From Phyllobates terribilis (lineage: Eukaryota), in NCBI RefSeq assembly GCF_046119375.1, contig NW_027362762.1, positions 814,494,001 to 814,558,000 on the forward strand: a stretch of 64,000 bases of DNA. Reading direction: 5' to 3'. Shown one piece after another: positions 23,808 through 40,125 of this stretch; position 1 is the stretch's first letter, and every line of letters starts with the position of its first letter. The position numbers and the translations under genes were made by a program. A model generated the notes under the pieces. The model was not told the DNA's origin. It made no database searches and worked only from the letters and a program-made list of their open reading frames with translations.

Positions 23808-24216
23808 CTTCCTCCCCCCTAGTGGACCGTGGCCTTGCGATGATCCTCTTCCGTAGGCCGCGGCTCCGCAGTGGATGGTTGAGGACCTTCCGTCGCGCTC
23901 CTGTGACGTCAGCGTCTGCTGGGCTCCTTCCAGGACCTTACGCAACGTCCGGACGTGAGGCGGGGCTTCAGTTCTCGCGCGCTTTCGGAGTCCACGCCCC
24001 TCTTCTTCCCGCGCGGCGTCCTCAAGATGACGTCCAATGGTGGGAAAACTCCACGGATGGCGGGAAGAAGGCAGAAGATGGCGCCGGATGGCGGGAAACT
24101 TCACCGATGGCGGGAAGAAGGCTGAAGATGGCGCCGGATGGCGGGAATCTTCACCACAGGTAAGTTTGAAAAGTCTCTTTTTCAGGCACGCAGTACCCGG
24201 TGGTTGCGGGCACGAG

Positions 24217-24234
24217 ATCCTGCCGACTACGCCA
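24217..24234 (-). other. Primer-binding site complementary to tRNA-Ser 3' end
   Basis: Minus strand TGGCGTAGTCGGCAGGAT; the plus strand reads ATCCTGCCGACTACGCCA, the 3' 18 nt of vertebrate tRNA-Ser including CCA. It lies 4 nt from the 5' LTR. Confidence 0.9.
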
Positions 24235-24238
24235 AAGT

Positions 24239-25236
24239 TGACGCGCCCCTGGGCCTGCTGTGTTGCGCAGCGTCTCGCGCACGGGGCTTACCCGGAACCG
24301 GATCAGATGAGGGTTGTAGTCTCCGAGTGGCGGGGACCCGGTCCGTGCCCAGGGAGTCAAACTCGATGTGTGGCAGTCTTGATAGATGTTATTTGAGTGT
24401 CGACTACGCCACCCGTTGATTTGCAGCTATGGAGCTGCCGCTGCAGGGCAGACCGCTGAGGCCGGTGTAGAATTGTGCAGCGTGATAGTATAACCCCCAA
24501 CGGGAGGGGTATGGCCTCAGGGCAGCCGACGTGGAAAATGGGGGTAGCAGGAACCACTCAGAGACGGTGCGGTGTAATTCAGGGTCTTTACTGGTAACAA
24601 CGATAGACCCTCCCGGAGTACTTGCTAGCGAACGGGGCCTGGTCAGTCCTTGAGCAGATGGGATCTCCCCTGGCCAGGCGGAGTTGTAGGCCTCCCAAAC
24701 TGACTGTACTCTTCTGGCTACCTTGCTAGAAGCGGATATAAGTAGCTCACGTCCCTGAGTGTACCGTGTGGTGCTCACCCGTATGGCCGGTGACTCGGGG
24801 CCTTCTAATGGCTTCCGCTCCACGATGGCGGTGCTGGTCCCACGCGTGTGACCGTGCCCTTTCTGGGCCTGAGGACCTGAAATCCCCTGCCGGTCGGCTT
24901 CTGCTGCTGGGTAGGAGTTAGTCCCCACAGCCTCGGACGCCGGGTCCGGTGAGAAAGCTTCTCAGTCAGGGCGAGCTCTGCAGCTGCCAGCCCCTGACTT
25001 GTAGTAGTATTGCTCCCACTGAGCTTCTGCTGTTTCTTCCTGTGACTGCTTCTTGTCTCTACTCTCCTTGACTGACTAACCCTGCCTCAGCCCTAGGTTT
25101 ATATAGGGGAAGTTCTTCCCCTCCCAAGACTGGGCAGGAGGTGTGGCATGCACAGGATCCCTGACCAAAGGACCTCCCACCTGCTCTCAGACATAACATT
25201 ACATTACTGTGGAAACCAGACCCCTGGGGTGCCACA
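24239..25236 (-). repeat. 5' LTR of the Gypsy element (998 bp)
   Basis: Direct repeat of 17354-18356, adjacent to the PBS; TATA-like TATATAAA on the minus strand. Confidence 0.96.
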
Positions 25237-26144
25237 ATTATATAATTGTTATATAAAAAAATAATTCGCTACACATTGTCTTTAATTAGGAAAGGTGCCT
25301 TGTTGGGACAATATCTGCTCCACTTCCCGGCTGTACACAACACAGGAGGGCATTTCTTGAAGGGGGCTGACTGGTTCATTTCAATATCTGAGCTTGTCCC
25401 TTTTTCTTATTTTCTTTTACGTATAAAGCGCCCTCATAGTCTGCAATGCTTTACAGATATCCTCATTTATGGACTGTGACAAATGTAGACGGCACAAGGT
25501 ACTGAGTTCACTGATTGGCTGCAGCGGTAACATGCGCTGTAGCTCTTCAATCACTGCAGCTAATCGTAATAAGCAGGCGCAGTGGCGGAGCAGCGACACT
25601 GGTACAAGAGCTGGTGAGCAAACCTATTTGGTAGTTTTAACCCTTTGAACTATTAAAGTAAAATATTAACAGAAATCCCTTTTAAGGATATAACTTTTTT
25701 TTTTCTTAATTTTTTTCGCCCTAGAATACTGAGAGCCATAATTTTGCAGGTTTGTCATTGCTGAGGGCAATGATTGACTGCAGTGGTCATATGAATGAAG
25801 TGATTTCATTGCTGCAGGACTGATCGAGCAGTGGATGGGTTTTAATGTTTATGTTATCAATGCATTTTAGTTCCCATTTTTATAAATAAAAAAAAAATAA
25901 AAAAACAGACAATCCCTTTAAAAAGTTTACACCATCTTCATTGCTATTCTTCTCTGATCAGGCGATTATAGAATGAAGGAATCGTATACAGGTCTGAATG
26001 GAGTATTGTGTGGGTGAATAAATAATGTATATGACACAAAGTATTTTTCATTTTTATATGTTTTTTTTTTTCCCATAGAGAACTTGGAAGAACGCCGGAG
26101 CGGTGAGAAGTCACACATTTCAATGTACTATTTCCTGCAGGAAT

Positions 26145-26333
<189 letters not shown>

Positions 26334-27519
26334 CTAAGGCCTCGCTCACACTGGCGTGTAACTCGGTCAAGTGCAATCCGATTTTTTCACTAATGTTATT
26401 CATTGAGGCAGGGCAGATCTACGTTTTGTTTTTTTCTCAGCTATATTTGGCATGAGAAAAAAAAAAAAAAAATCGCAGCATGCTGCGATTTCACTCCGAA
26501 ATCTAATGGGTGTGAGAAAAAAAAAACGGATATCATACGGACCCCCAGTATGGTATCCGATATTTACAGATACATTTTTCTGTAGCACAGGAAACTGTAA
26601 ATGGTGCTTTAAAAGATTTATAGCTGCTGAGGAAAAAAATGGATTATATACAGATGATAAGAGAGGAAACAAATCATCCCACTCTCCTGGATGAGAATGG
26701 GACCCATTATTTATACACCAGGGTCAGCCAGCCCTAATACAGAGAGAGGGGTCCTCTATTAGAGGGAACCTGTCACTTTCACTACTAAACTAGTGGTATG
26801 GTTGGAATGGTCCTAGTGCAACAATAAAAATGTTTCTTGTTTTATAGGAATCCGATGTGCCAGTGCAGAGAAATGAAGCTTTAAGGCAGAGCTGTCCCAG
26901 GTGAAAAGTGGACAGTTTTTGCTAGGTCTGTATTCCCGCTGCTGTCCTGAGTATACCGTTTTGTTTTTTTTTATAATCCGCCATTTTGTTCCAGAGATTT
27001 GGGTCTTTTACACTTGCTGCTAATTTTTATGGTCTTACAAAAGAGGCGTGGCTCACAATTATCTGGGGGCGTGTCTTGATGCTGTGCTGCATAATTATCC
27101 TGTGAGCCACGCCCCCTTTGTAACGACCATAAAAATCTATCTCTGTCTGGAATCATATGACAGATTTAAACAAAAAATAAAATAAAAATAACTGAATACT
27201 CAGGAGCAGCGGGAATAAAATAAGAGCAAAAACTGACCACTTTTCACCTGGTGACAGGTCCTCTTTAAAGCCACATGCAAATTAACCTGGAAGTGCATTA
27301 AGGGCGTGTCCCTTTTTTTGTGGCAAAGAAGATGCAACTAAATGCACCATTGTTTTTTCTCTATTAAATGTGTTAGGAGGCGCCGACACAGCTGTAGTTC
27401 ACTATGTGTCACTTACTGGGCTGCTTGCTGTACTTTTGATAAAAATCACTGTTTTATCAGCAGGAGCTTATCACTAGAGGACTAGTAAACCTCCTGCTAG
27501 GTAGTCCTCGATATTCATG

Positions 27520-27650
27520 TTTATTATTATTTATTTAACGACCTTCAGCTTAATCTTGATGGATGAATGCTCTGTAGGAAGATCGATCTTGTGCCAGCTT
27601 AGATAGGTCCACCAGGGTCTTCTCTGCCGTTATCTTGACAGTACGATTGA
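27520..27650 (-). mobile_element. 3' end fragment of an RTE-like non-LTR retrotransposon
   Basis: Minus-strand translation TVKITAEKTLVDLSKLAQDRSSYRAFIHQ resembles RTE ORF C-termini and is followed by a (TAA)n-like tail. Confidence 0.55.
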
Positions 27651-28797
27651 TGTGTGCTTCTGTCAGTATTGTGTATTTAATGTCCGTTTTGGGTATTTGT
27701 CTGTATTGTGTAGTTGTTGTGTGTATTTTGCATTTATGTGCATCAGTGATGTTGACAGCTATGCCATCGGCAATGCATTTTGCCATCTGGGTCACCCCAG
27801 GCGGATAGGTTTTAACTGAGGTGTCAGAATAAGCATACTGCTCAGCACCAGCAGGACGTTGCGATGGGGCGGTGTGTATTGACAACATACAACACTGATT
27901 CAGTGAGGCTCCTTCATGGGTGCCACATTACTGCGCGGAAGAAAGGCCTGGCAATCTACTTCCATATTATGCAAAGAAAACGATATTGATGAGCTCTGTA
28001 GAACCCCATCCCCACCACTGATTGGCAGCTTTCTGCCTATGCACAGTGTACACACAAACCTGCCAATCTGTGGTGTGGGCGGGTTATTCATACCTCAGTA
28101 TTGAGAGAAATGGTAGATCTGCAGCAGATAAAACTATGATTTTATCAAAACTACAGTGACACATTGCTGGAATCAGAGTCTCTGTCTCTACATCATGCTA
28201 TTCTCAGATGGAGTACCAAAAACCTGGTGACAGATTCCCTGTAAGAACAGAGGGATTTTTAATCATTTTGTTTACTGCTCACTATCAAGGTTACCAGTCA
28301 CCCCTGCAATCTAGTAGCTGTGGTGTTTCATGGGCTAGGAGAACAGCACTTACAAGCTCTTTTCTAAAGAGCTGCTCTGAAACTGGCAGGATCTCTGCAG
28401 TGCACGGTCAGCTCCTGATCCCGGGCAGATTTAGTGCCACTGCGTTCTTACAAGGCTGCCTCATATAGTAGCATCGGGAGCGCACCGTTTGTAACGATGC
28501 CACTGGTCTTAATTGTCAATCAATTAGGAGTGCATCACCTCTGACAAAAAGGAAGCCAGGACAACCCCTTTAAGGCACCAGAAGTTGTTGACAGAACCAG
28601 ACGCTTTTGTCAGGGTCAGCTGACCGTCTGATGTGTTTGGGGGCGTCCCAACTCTTCCCCGAAATCATCAGTTTGAATTCATATGATACTTTTGTTCTCC
28701 CGCTAGATAGGACGCTGCCAGAGCAGTCTGTTACTGGCTTACTCCACTCTCCTCATAAAGAACATTTGTACTCTCAGCTGAAAGGAATGTACATGTA

Positions 28798-30390
28798 CAG
28801 AGGGGAAAATAAGTCTTTGATGCACTGCTGACTTTGCAAGTTTTCCCACCTACAAAGAATGGAGAGGTCTGTAATTTTTATCGTAGGTACACTGCAACTG
28901 TGAGAGACAAAATCTAAAAAAAAATCGAGAAAATCACATTATATGATTTTTACATAATTAATTTGCATTTTATTGCATGAAATAAGTATTTGATACAATA
29001 GAAAAACGGAACTTAATATTTGGTACAGAAACCTTTGTTTGCAATTACAGAGGGTAAATGTTTCCTGTAGTTCTTGACCAGGTTTGCACGCACTGCAGCA
29101 GGGATTTTGGCCCACTCCTCCATACAGATCTCCTCCAGATCTTTCATGTTTTGGGGCTGTCGCTGGGCAACATTGAGTTTCAGCTCCCTCCAAAGATTTT
29201 CTATTGGGTTCAGGTCTGGGGACTGGCCAGGCCACTCCAGGACCTTGAAATGTTTCTTACAGAGCCACTCCTTAGTTGCCCTGGCTGTGTGTTTCGGGTC
29301 ATTATCATGCTGGAAGACCCAGCCATGACCCATCTTCAATGCTCTTACTGAGGGAAGAAGCTTGTTGGCCAAAATCTCGAGATACATGAACCAATCCATC
29401 CTCCCTTCAATACAGTGCAGTCATCCTGTCCCCTTTTGCAGAAAAGCACCCCAAAGTATGATGTTTCCCCCACCATGCTTCATGGTTGGGATGATGTTTT
29501 TAGGGTTGTACTCATCCTTCTTCTTCCTCCAAACACGGCGAGTGGAATTGATACCAAAAAGTTATATTTTGGTCTCATCTGACCACATGACCTTCTCCCA
29601 TGCCTCCTCTGGATCATCCAGATGGTCATTGTTGAACTTCAAATGGGCCTGGACATGTGCTGGCGTGAGCAGGGGGCCTTTACGTGCCCTGCAAGATGTT
29701 AATCTATGACGGCGTAGTGTATTACTAAAAGTAATGTTGAGACTGTGGTCCCAGCTCTCTTCAGGTCATTGACCAGGTTCTCTCATGTAGTTCTGGGCTG
29801 ATTCCAGACCTTTCTCAGAATCACACTTACCCCAGAAGACGAGATCTTGCATGGAGCCCCAGAACAAGGAACATGGACAGTCATCTTATGTTTCTTCCAT
29901 TTTCTAATAACTATTCAACATGCACAACAAGCTGCTAGCCTATTGTCCTGTAGCATATCCCAGCCTTGTGCAGGTCTACAATTTTGTCCCTGGTGTCTTT
30001 AGACAGCTCTTTGGTCTTGGCCATAGTGGAGCGGTTGGAGTGTGATTGATTGAGTGTGTGGACAGGTGTCTTTTATACAGAAAATGAGTTCAAACAAGTG
30101 CAATTAATACAGGTAATCAGAGCAGAGTAGAAGGGCTTCTTAGAGAAAAACTAACAGGTCTATGAGAGGCAGTATTCTTGCTGGTTGGTATGTGGTCAAA
30201 TACTTATTTCATGCAATAAAAAGCATTTTAATTATTTAAAAATCATACAATGTAATTTTCTGGTTTTTCTTTTTAGATTCTGTCTCACAGTTGAAGTGTA
30301 CCTATGATAAAAATTACAGACCTCTCCATTCTTTGTAGGTGGGAAACCTTCCAAAATCAGCAGTGTATCAAATAAGTATTTTCCCCACTG
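28798..30390 (-). mobile_element. Tc1/mariner transposon (IR/DR type), degenerate
   Basis: ~200-bp TIRs CAGAGGGGAAAATAAGT / ACTTATTTTCCCCACTG-like, TA on the left and TG on the right. Transposase from ATG ~30024 (MAKTKELS) to 29013, with FQHDNDPKH and [11 protein letters not shown]; frameshifted. Confidence 0.92.
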
Positions 30391-30896
30391 TGTATGGGGA
30401 AGTTAGGAGAGAGCAGTAAGGTAAGTGAATATTAGTAGATGTGGTGCTGCTGTCAGACATCTAGGCCCAGGCCATAAAGAGGCTCATACTCACCTGTCAG
30501 CTCTCGCTTGCTAATAATCATCTCATGCGAGAAGCATGAAGACATTATTAATGTGTAAAATGTGGAAACGTCAAGACCCACGATGGGAAGTAGAAGACCA
30601 AGGGATCTTATTTGCCTGAATAGGGCCCATATACTAGTGGCTATAATCACCTAATATATAGTATCAAAATGAAATAAAAAAAATGTAATAAAATATAAGA
30701 AAGGGGGTGACAAACGCGCTGAGTATGACAGAAAGGCAGATAATATCTTCATAAGAATTTATTCAAAGAATAAGGGCTATGCGTTTCAACATTGGACAGA
30801 TTTCTTTCTCAGGCCAAGCACATCCCTCCAAGGTGAGCGGACTGCCACATGCCCTTTCTTGTCAGCTCTCACCATTTTATTCATTTCTGAACTATG

Positions 30897-32852
<1,956 letters not shown>

Positions 32853-33234
32853 TGGCTTCATCTAATCATCTAAGACACTTTCAATAGACTCTTATTCTTT
32901 TCAGCAGCCATAAAGTGCACATAACCTGATGTCTTGTCTATACAGGAAGGAAACGTGCACCTCCAGTATTGCCTGCAGTGGAGGTTTGATAAGTAAAAAT
33001 ACAACATTTTTTAAACATACCAGACACATTATTCATATTCATTATACTAAGAGGGAATGTACAGTATCAAAACAGCATGGCTACTGTCTTCATAAAACAG
33101 CGCCACACCTGTCCAGGCTGTTTCTGGTATTTCAGCTGAACACCAATGAAGTAAATAGGGTTTAACTGCAATACTATATACAACCTGTGGACAGATGTGG
33201 CGCTGTTTAGGAAAAATCTGTCCTTATATTTCTA

Positions 33235-33546
<312 letters not shown>

Positions 33547-35412
33547 TTAAAAGAATTAAGGATTTTAAGGATTAAGAATGGATATAAAGGACCTGTCATT
33601 GCAGATCATGAAAGCAATCTTTATTACAACCTGGATTCTCAAAAATATAGGCTCATGGAACCATCCATAAATTTTTATTACAGCCTAGATGCTCATGTAG
33701 TCAAGCGTGCCAACCGTCCGCGAATTTATGGAGAGTCAACAAAAATTGTTGCTTTTTCTGCCGCTTGGGGCAGCAGAGGTGAAAGTAAGGAGCAGCTCCT
33801 ATCAGATAGCTGGAAGCAGGAGCTCCGACTCTGACTGTCAAGGGTTATGTCTGCCTCATAGTGACGTCCCAGTGCTAACAGGAGCCAAGCATAGGGGTGG
33901 TATTTTGATAACCTATCCAATTCTTGTAATCAATGAACCTTCTCTTTTATCTTTCCTGGGCAGCAACAGGTGAGTGCAAGCACAGTGGCCGCCAGGCAGC
34001 CCTGCATCTGACATAGCAACAGATAGTGAGACACTGCTTCTCTTGGCCTGAGAGCAGAGGGGGAACAGCAGCAGGAATCAGGCGTATCTCACTTGTCCTG
34101 GCTTCAGCTCTGAGTTTTGCTTTCTTCCCTTATTGGCAGATCCCTTTGTGCTAGTCCATGACAAGTTACTTTGGTGTCTGGAATAGCACCATTAATGTCA
34201 CCCTCCTTAAGCACTTTAATGCCGGCTCAGGCAGCTGTCCATGGCCTGAGTGTTTAGAAAGCATAGTTCTCAGCTACTACGTATTTGTCAGGAGTTTAGC
34301 TTCTTACACTTGTCTTGGGTCCAGCTGTGAGTCTTATTATCTCCTCTGCACTCCTGACTTCCATTCTACTACCTTGATTTTTTTCCAAGCTCCGTTCAAC
34401 ATATCTAGGCGTTGTACACACCTACCATTCTGCAATCAAGATTCTAGATTCCCAACTTCTCATACCCGCTCTCATTTTGTCCACATCTTAAGGCGCTCAT
34501 ATGCATTAAACTAAAGTCAGCCAAACATGCCAATAAAGATGGGTTCGGTTGACAGTCTAATATGTATAGGGGTCCCAGATGATTAGTGGCGGAAATAAGG
34601 AGACAAAATGTCCCATTTTGGACTGCCGTTCCTTTTTTCTCTAGAGATAAACTGCAGCCAGAAGTGTCTACAGCAGCGCTCTCATAGACGACTTAGGAGT
34701 GCTTGGCAGAGCGAGTGCTCCCATGTATGGGAGAGTCAGGAGAGACGGCCAGTGGCCATCTAAAGTGTATGGGGGCCGGGGCATTAGTCTTTGCTACCAA
34801 GACCAGTTGTCAAATACATTTCTGTTTTTGAAGTGTTTACCACATGTCTGCAAGTAAGCTACCATTTCTGCTATTTATGTGTCTACTGCATTTCTGCAAA
34901 CAAGTTACTAGTTTGCCAATACATAACTGCTATCCTGCAGTTAACCCTAGCCCTGCTGCAAGTTACCGATTGCATAAACAATAAAAAAGTATGTAATAAA
35001 AATTGCATACTTCTGCTACCCTGCAATTAACCCTATCCCTGCAAGTTCCTGTTTGTATATACATCTCTGCTATTAACTATATCTCTTTTGCAAGTATAGG
35101 ACTGCATGTACTGTACTTCTTTACTGTTCCTGAGTGTGACTTCCCTCCAGCAACATCTAGTGCTTTTAACTTCGCTTGTTCGTCAGCTGTCTTGCATACC
35201 CTTTAGTCCTGGCCCTCACTGAACTGTCCTTTTCTGCTGCATCATCACTTCCGGTCTGTGCTGCAATCCACCTCACCAGGTGAGCCCATAACACCAGGGA
35301 GTGTAGGGGATGTAACTCTGACATCAGTATGATCTATCATGATGCAAGTGGTGGTACATACTGTATGTACTGTATGATACACAGTACTACTTCTTTTGTC
35401 CTGTATTCTTAC

Positions 35413-35635
35413 CTTAGTCAGGTGAACTTCCAATTTGTTTTTTGCGTCCTTTGTCTCCGCTACACGTCTCTTCAAGGCAAAATTGACGGTATCACACTGC
35501 TTGCGCATATCGCAAGCTGTTTCAGATAAGATGCTGTCAATCAAAGCCCGCAGTGCTACAGCATTGTTCCTCTGCTTTTCTGCTTTTTCGATGTTAATAT
35601 TGCTGAAATCTTCCCATTCTTTAGGTGTTACTGAG
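35413..35635 (-). CDS. tekt1: Tektin-1 coding exon 5
   Basis: 223 bp; SVTPKEWEDFSNINIEKAEKQRNN...HLTK; ctag| and |gtaaga junctions. Confidence 0.96.
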
Positions 35636-36037
35636 CTAGCAATAATAAGAACAAGACAATATTGTCATGAACATAGTCTAGATGTATTTTTCTTACAAAA
35701 TGCTTAGTGATGGACCTGAGCTTATTTTAACCTAGCATAAGCTGACAGCGGTGAAAGGTCCCTTTAATAAGGACCTGTTACCAGGCCAAAAAAGTTCAGT
35801 TTGACTCCACCTGCTCAACTAAGTATTCTGAATATTTGTTGTTTGTTTTTTTAAATCTGACCTACAATCCTAGGGATGCGTGTTTTTATTTAGTACTAAT
35901 TTTTATAATCTTTCCCAAGTTCGTGGGGGCATGCTGATTTTATGTTTTAGTGTTTTTGTTTTTTGCTCTCCTTCTTTCAAGAGCCATAACTTTTTTTTTA
36001 GATTTTCACCCACATAGCCCTATGAGGACTTGTTTTA

Positions 36038-36895
36038 AGGCTGAGTTCACACGATGCGTTTTTCATGCGTTTCCGCGGCGTTTTTGCAGTTGCGTAAACG
36101 CCGCAGAAACGCATGAAAAACGCATGGTAGAAGGGCAGCAATGTTCCCCAATGGAAATCCGCATGTGCTGTGCCCATGATGCGGATTTTTCTGCAGCGTA
36201 AACGCTGCGGTCAAAAATCCGCAGCATGTCAATTAATTTTGCGGAAACGCTGCTCTTTTGCCGCCATTGACTTGCATTAGACCGCATGGAATCCGCATCA
36301 CTGTATATGTTGATGCGCTTTTCATGCGGTCTAATGTGCGCATGGTACCCGGGTGTGGATGAGAGGACTCTCATCCAGACCCAGGTACCATTAAAAAAAA
36401 AAGAATAAAATAAAAAATATATATATTCTCACCTTCTGACGGCCCGCGCTGCGTCCTGCTGGCTTCCCGGGCACTTCGCGGTTGAATGAAGGACCTTCGC
36501 TGACGTCAGAGTCATGTGACGGGTCACATGACGCTGACGTCGGAAGGTCCTAAAGTCTTCACTGCCGGCAGCCGGGACCGATGAAGCAGGACACCGGGGG
36601 CCATCAGAGGGTAAAGTATATATTTATTTTTTGACATTCACACACTATATAAATCCATGCCGGTTGCATGGATTTATATAATGTAAAGTTGACAAGCACT
36701 TTCCAAGTGATGCTAAAATCGCTTGGGAAGCGCTTGTCAACCCGCATGCGGAAATGAAAGTGAAGACCGCTTCATTTCCGCATGTCCCTGGCAGGAAACC
36801 GCATGTACAATCCGCATGCGTTTTTTCCTGCCAGAGAGATGCAGAAACGCTCAGGAAAAAATCCTGAGCATTTCTGCATCGTGTGCACATAACCT
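36038..36895. mobile_element. MITE copy 2, near-identical to 7789-8655, same orientation
   Basis: Same TIRs and internal sequence with only scattered substitutions and small indels; TA flanks. Confidence 0.88.
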
Positions 36896-37966
36896 TAGTG
36901 GGGCGAATTTTAGTTTAGAATGACATCATTCATTTTACCATACAATGTAATGGAAAAAGAAAATAATTCCAAGGTCAGGTGAAATTTCAAAAATTGGTAT
37001 TTGTTTTTATTACATTCACTGTGCAGTAAAAATGACTTGGAAATATGATTTTCCAGGTCAATTTGATTATGGCGATACCAAACATCATTTTATTCTTAAG
37101 TACTTAAGTAATGGAAAATTATTCTGAATTTCGATGGAGCTGTATGAGGGCGTGTTTTTTGCATGGTGAGCTGACAGTTTTATTGATACCATTTTTTGGG
37201 AAGATACAACATTCTGATTGCTTTTTATTGCATTCTGTTTGCGGAGTGGCTGCGACCAAAAAAAACCCAAAAAACACAATTCGGTAGTTTTCATTTTAAT
37301 TCTCTTTAGTTTTTAGCAATTGGCTTAATTAATTTAATATTTTCACAGAAAAGACTTTTATGGATGCAGCGATATCAAATATGTTAAAAAAAAATAAGAT
37401 CTTTATTTTTAATTGCGGGAAAAGTGGAATTATTTGAATTTTTTATTTTTTCAATATTTTTGTAAACATTTTTTACTGTATTTTTTAGTTTCCTTGTGGA
37501 ACTTAAACCTTTGATTGCCTATTTCAGTATTGCTATATAGCACATATCATGGTCTCCTTTGAACGCATCCACAAGCTGGTGTTCATAGGAGCACCGTCAT
37601 GACAGGCACGGGAATCTTCAGCAGGTCCCCGACTGTCATGGCAATACATCAGCACCCCGTTATCATGTTTGGTTGGCTGATGTGCGATCAGAACAGTGAT
37701 TCAAAGCGGCATTTAATAGCTTAACACTGCCATCATCTGCCAGGTATGGTGCAGGCTCAGCTCCTGAGCCCGCTTTAGTTTTCTGCTCCTGACGAAGCCA
37801 TACATGTTCGTTGCTCATTGTTAAGGGGCTAAAGCGACTGACCCACCAATAAATATTACATCCACTGTATATTACATCCAATTAGGAGTTATGACATTTA
37901 CTTACATAGTGTGGGGTCACTTTTTTCAGGTCCATCTAATGAGCTGAGAGCTGCTGGTCACACATC

Positions 37967-38030
37967 CTCTGCACAGTGATGCTCTGCACAGTGAGGCTCT
38001 GCACAGTGAGGCTCTGCACAGTGATGATCT
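37967..38030. repeat. 15-bp tandem repeat (~4 copies)
   Basis: CTCTGCACAGTGAGG/ATG units. Confidence 0.75.
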
Positions 38031-39981
38031 GTGAAATGCAGAACAGCCAATAGAAATAGCAATTATAGTAGAAAAGTATTTTTTTGGGCTACTCTACAGT
38101 AAGCGGAGGGTCACTGTGCAGAGGACCAGCTGTGGGAAGCGTTACTCAGAATGTGGCCGCCAGCACTGAACTTATTAGATGGACCTGCATATTGTTATAC
38201 ACTATAAAGGAAAACTCTCACTTTTTATAATGCTATTTACCTTCAAATTTAAGAAGTAATCAGCAGTTATATAGAGTTTTAATCATGTTTGAAAGTGTAA
38301 TAGGAACAGCAGCCTCAGGTGCTGAGCTTACACCATACCCAGAAGATGCCAACTGTGCTGCACAGCAAGCATCTGCCTGTAACAGCAGCGACCAGAGCTA
38401 GCTTTGACTAACAATTGCTGTCAATCACTGACAGCATCATTTATATGGCACCCTTGCGGGGTGCCGATGGGCTGAAGACCCCCATGGTTGTTGTCTTAGT
38501 CCTGCCTTATGGGAAGAAGGTCATTTTGAGTAGCAGTATTGCAGTATATAGAACAAGCGATTGAATGATCGCATGTTCAAGTATCCCAAAAAAAAGTAAA
38601 AAAATAAAAAATAATGGTATAATCCCACCCCTATTTCAGTTTATAAATTAAAAGAGCAAAAATGAACCTATTTGGTATCACCATGTCCATGAAAGTATGT
38701 TCTATCAAAATATAATATTAATTAAACTGTTCAGTAGACACTGTAAAGAGAAAAAAAAATCGAAATGCCGGAATTAAAGTTTTTCTGTCACCATAACCAT
38801 CGAAGAAAAGAAATGCAATGAAAGACCCAAATGGTATGAATAAAAAATATCAACTCACCATACAAAAAACAAGCCATCTCACAGCTTCATTGAAGAAGAA
38901 AATAAAAAAGTTACGGATCTCAGACACTGGCAAAACTAGTTAATCTTTTTAATATAAAATTAAAAAAAAAAAATTTTCACCACTTAACAAATAGTGGATA
39001 ACAGGATAGTGGAATTGCATTTTTTTCCACCATTTCACTGTACGTTATTCATTTTTGTCACACAATAAACAATCCGTCATATGGCTATTGTCACAGAAAA
39101 AATAAAATAAGTTATGGCTCTTGGAAGAAGGGGAGGAAAAAAAGAGGGCGAAGATAAAAATTGGCTATTGGGGGGGCGTTAAATGTTGTCATACACGTGA
39201 TTGGACTATGAAAGGCCAAACCTGCTGATTTCAGCTAGACTGGCCAACCACCTACTGTATCTTAATTTTGACCTATGATGGGAAAAAAGTCGGCATTTAG
39301 AATTTCAATGTCTGATCCTTTGTTCCCATCCTCCAGAAGGGTCAAAAAATTACCCAGGAGACTGAATATGTAAAAAACAACAAATGTAGTCATACTCCCC
39401 TACTGGCACCCACTGGGATACACCGTGGGCCGCTCGGTGATCTGTACAGAGAGAGGAAACGGTGAAGTCATCGTTACATCGGTCGCAGGACTATGATTGG
39501 CTGCAGCATGGAGGTGATCTTGAACAGCACAACACCATAAGACAATGAGGCACTGTTCAATTCACGGGGACGATGTAGCCAATCACAAACCATAGCGGCC
39601 CGGTAGCTGGTGGAGCGGTGACATCACCATTTCCAGTCTCTGCATAGAAAAAAAGAGCAACTCGCACTGGATCCAGGTGGGTGTCGCTAGGTGAATATGA
39701 CCGTATTTGGTTTTTTTTTACATATCCAGTCCCCTGAACAAAGTTTTATTTTTGCCTGGACAACCCTTTTAAATATACTGGCTGTCCAAGCCTATTTTCC
39801 ATACGCTCTATTAGGACAAGCAGACGTCAGAGATGAGATCTCCTCTGTTGTTAGTGGTGGAGAACTGCGCCTGCTACATTACTGATTGCCGGTCACACAG
39901 GCAGCTTTGCCTATACAATAGGAGATTCCTGTCCTGCTATAGGTGGCTATATGTTACCAAGCGTACACCTGCATATCTTAC

Positions 39982-40125
39982 TTTCCCTGAACTGTTACTG
40001 CACTGGAAACATATCTGATGTCCGGAGTGTTGTTTGTTAATGTGCCGCAGTGATTGTCCAATTTCAAGGCTTCAAACTTGTCTTTTAGATCTTTCTCCAG
40101 CGAATATTTAGCTGAACGACTCAAC
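39982..40125 (-). CDS. tekt1: Tektin-1 coding exon 4
   Basis: 144 bp; LSRSAKYSLEKDLKDKFEAL...VQG; ccag| and |gtaaga junctions, phase consistent. Confidence 0.95.

Larger units (their letters stand above)
17354..25236 (-). mobile_element. Full-length Ty3/Gypsy LTR retrotransposon, young and apparently intact
   Basis: Two ~1-kb LTRs (TG...CA), 4-bp TSD ATTA (17350-17353 and 25237-25240), PBS, PPT, uninterrupted gag and pol in PR-RT-RH-IN order; no env. Confidence 0.98.
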
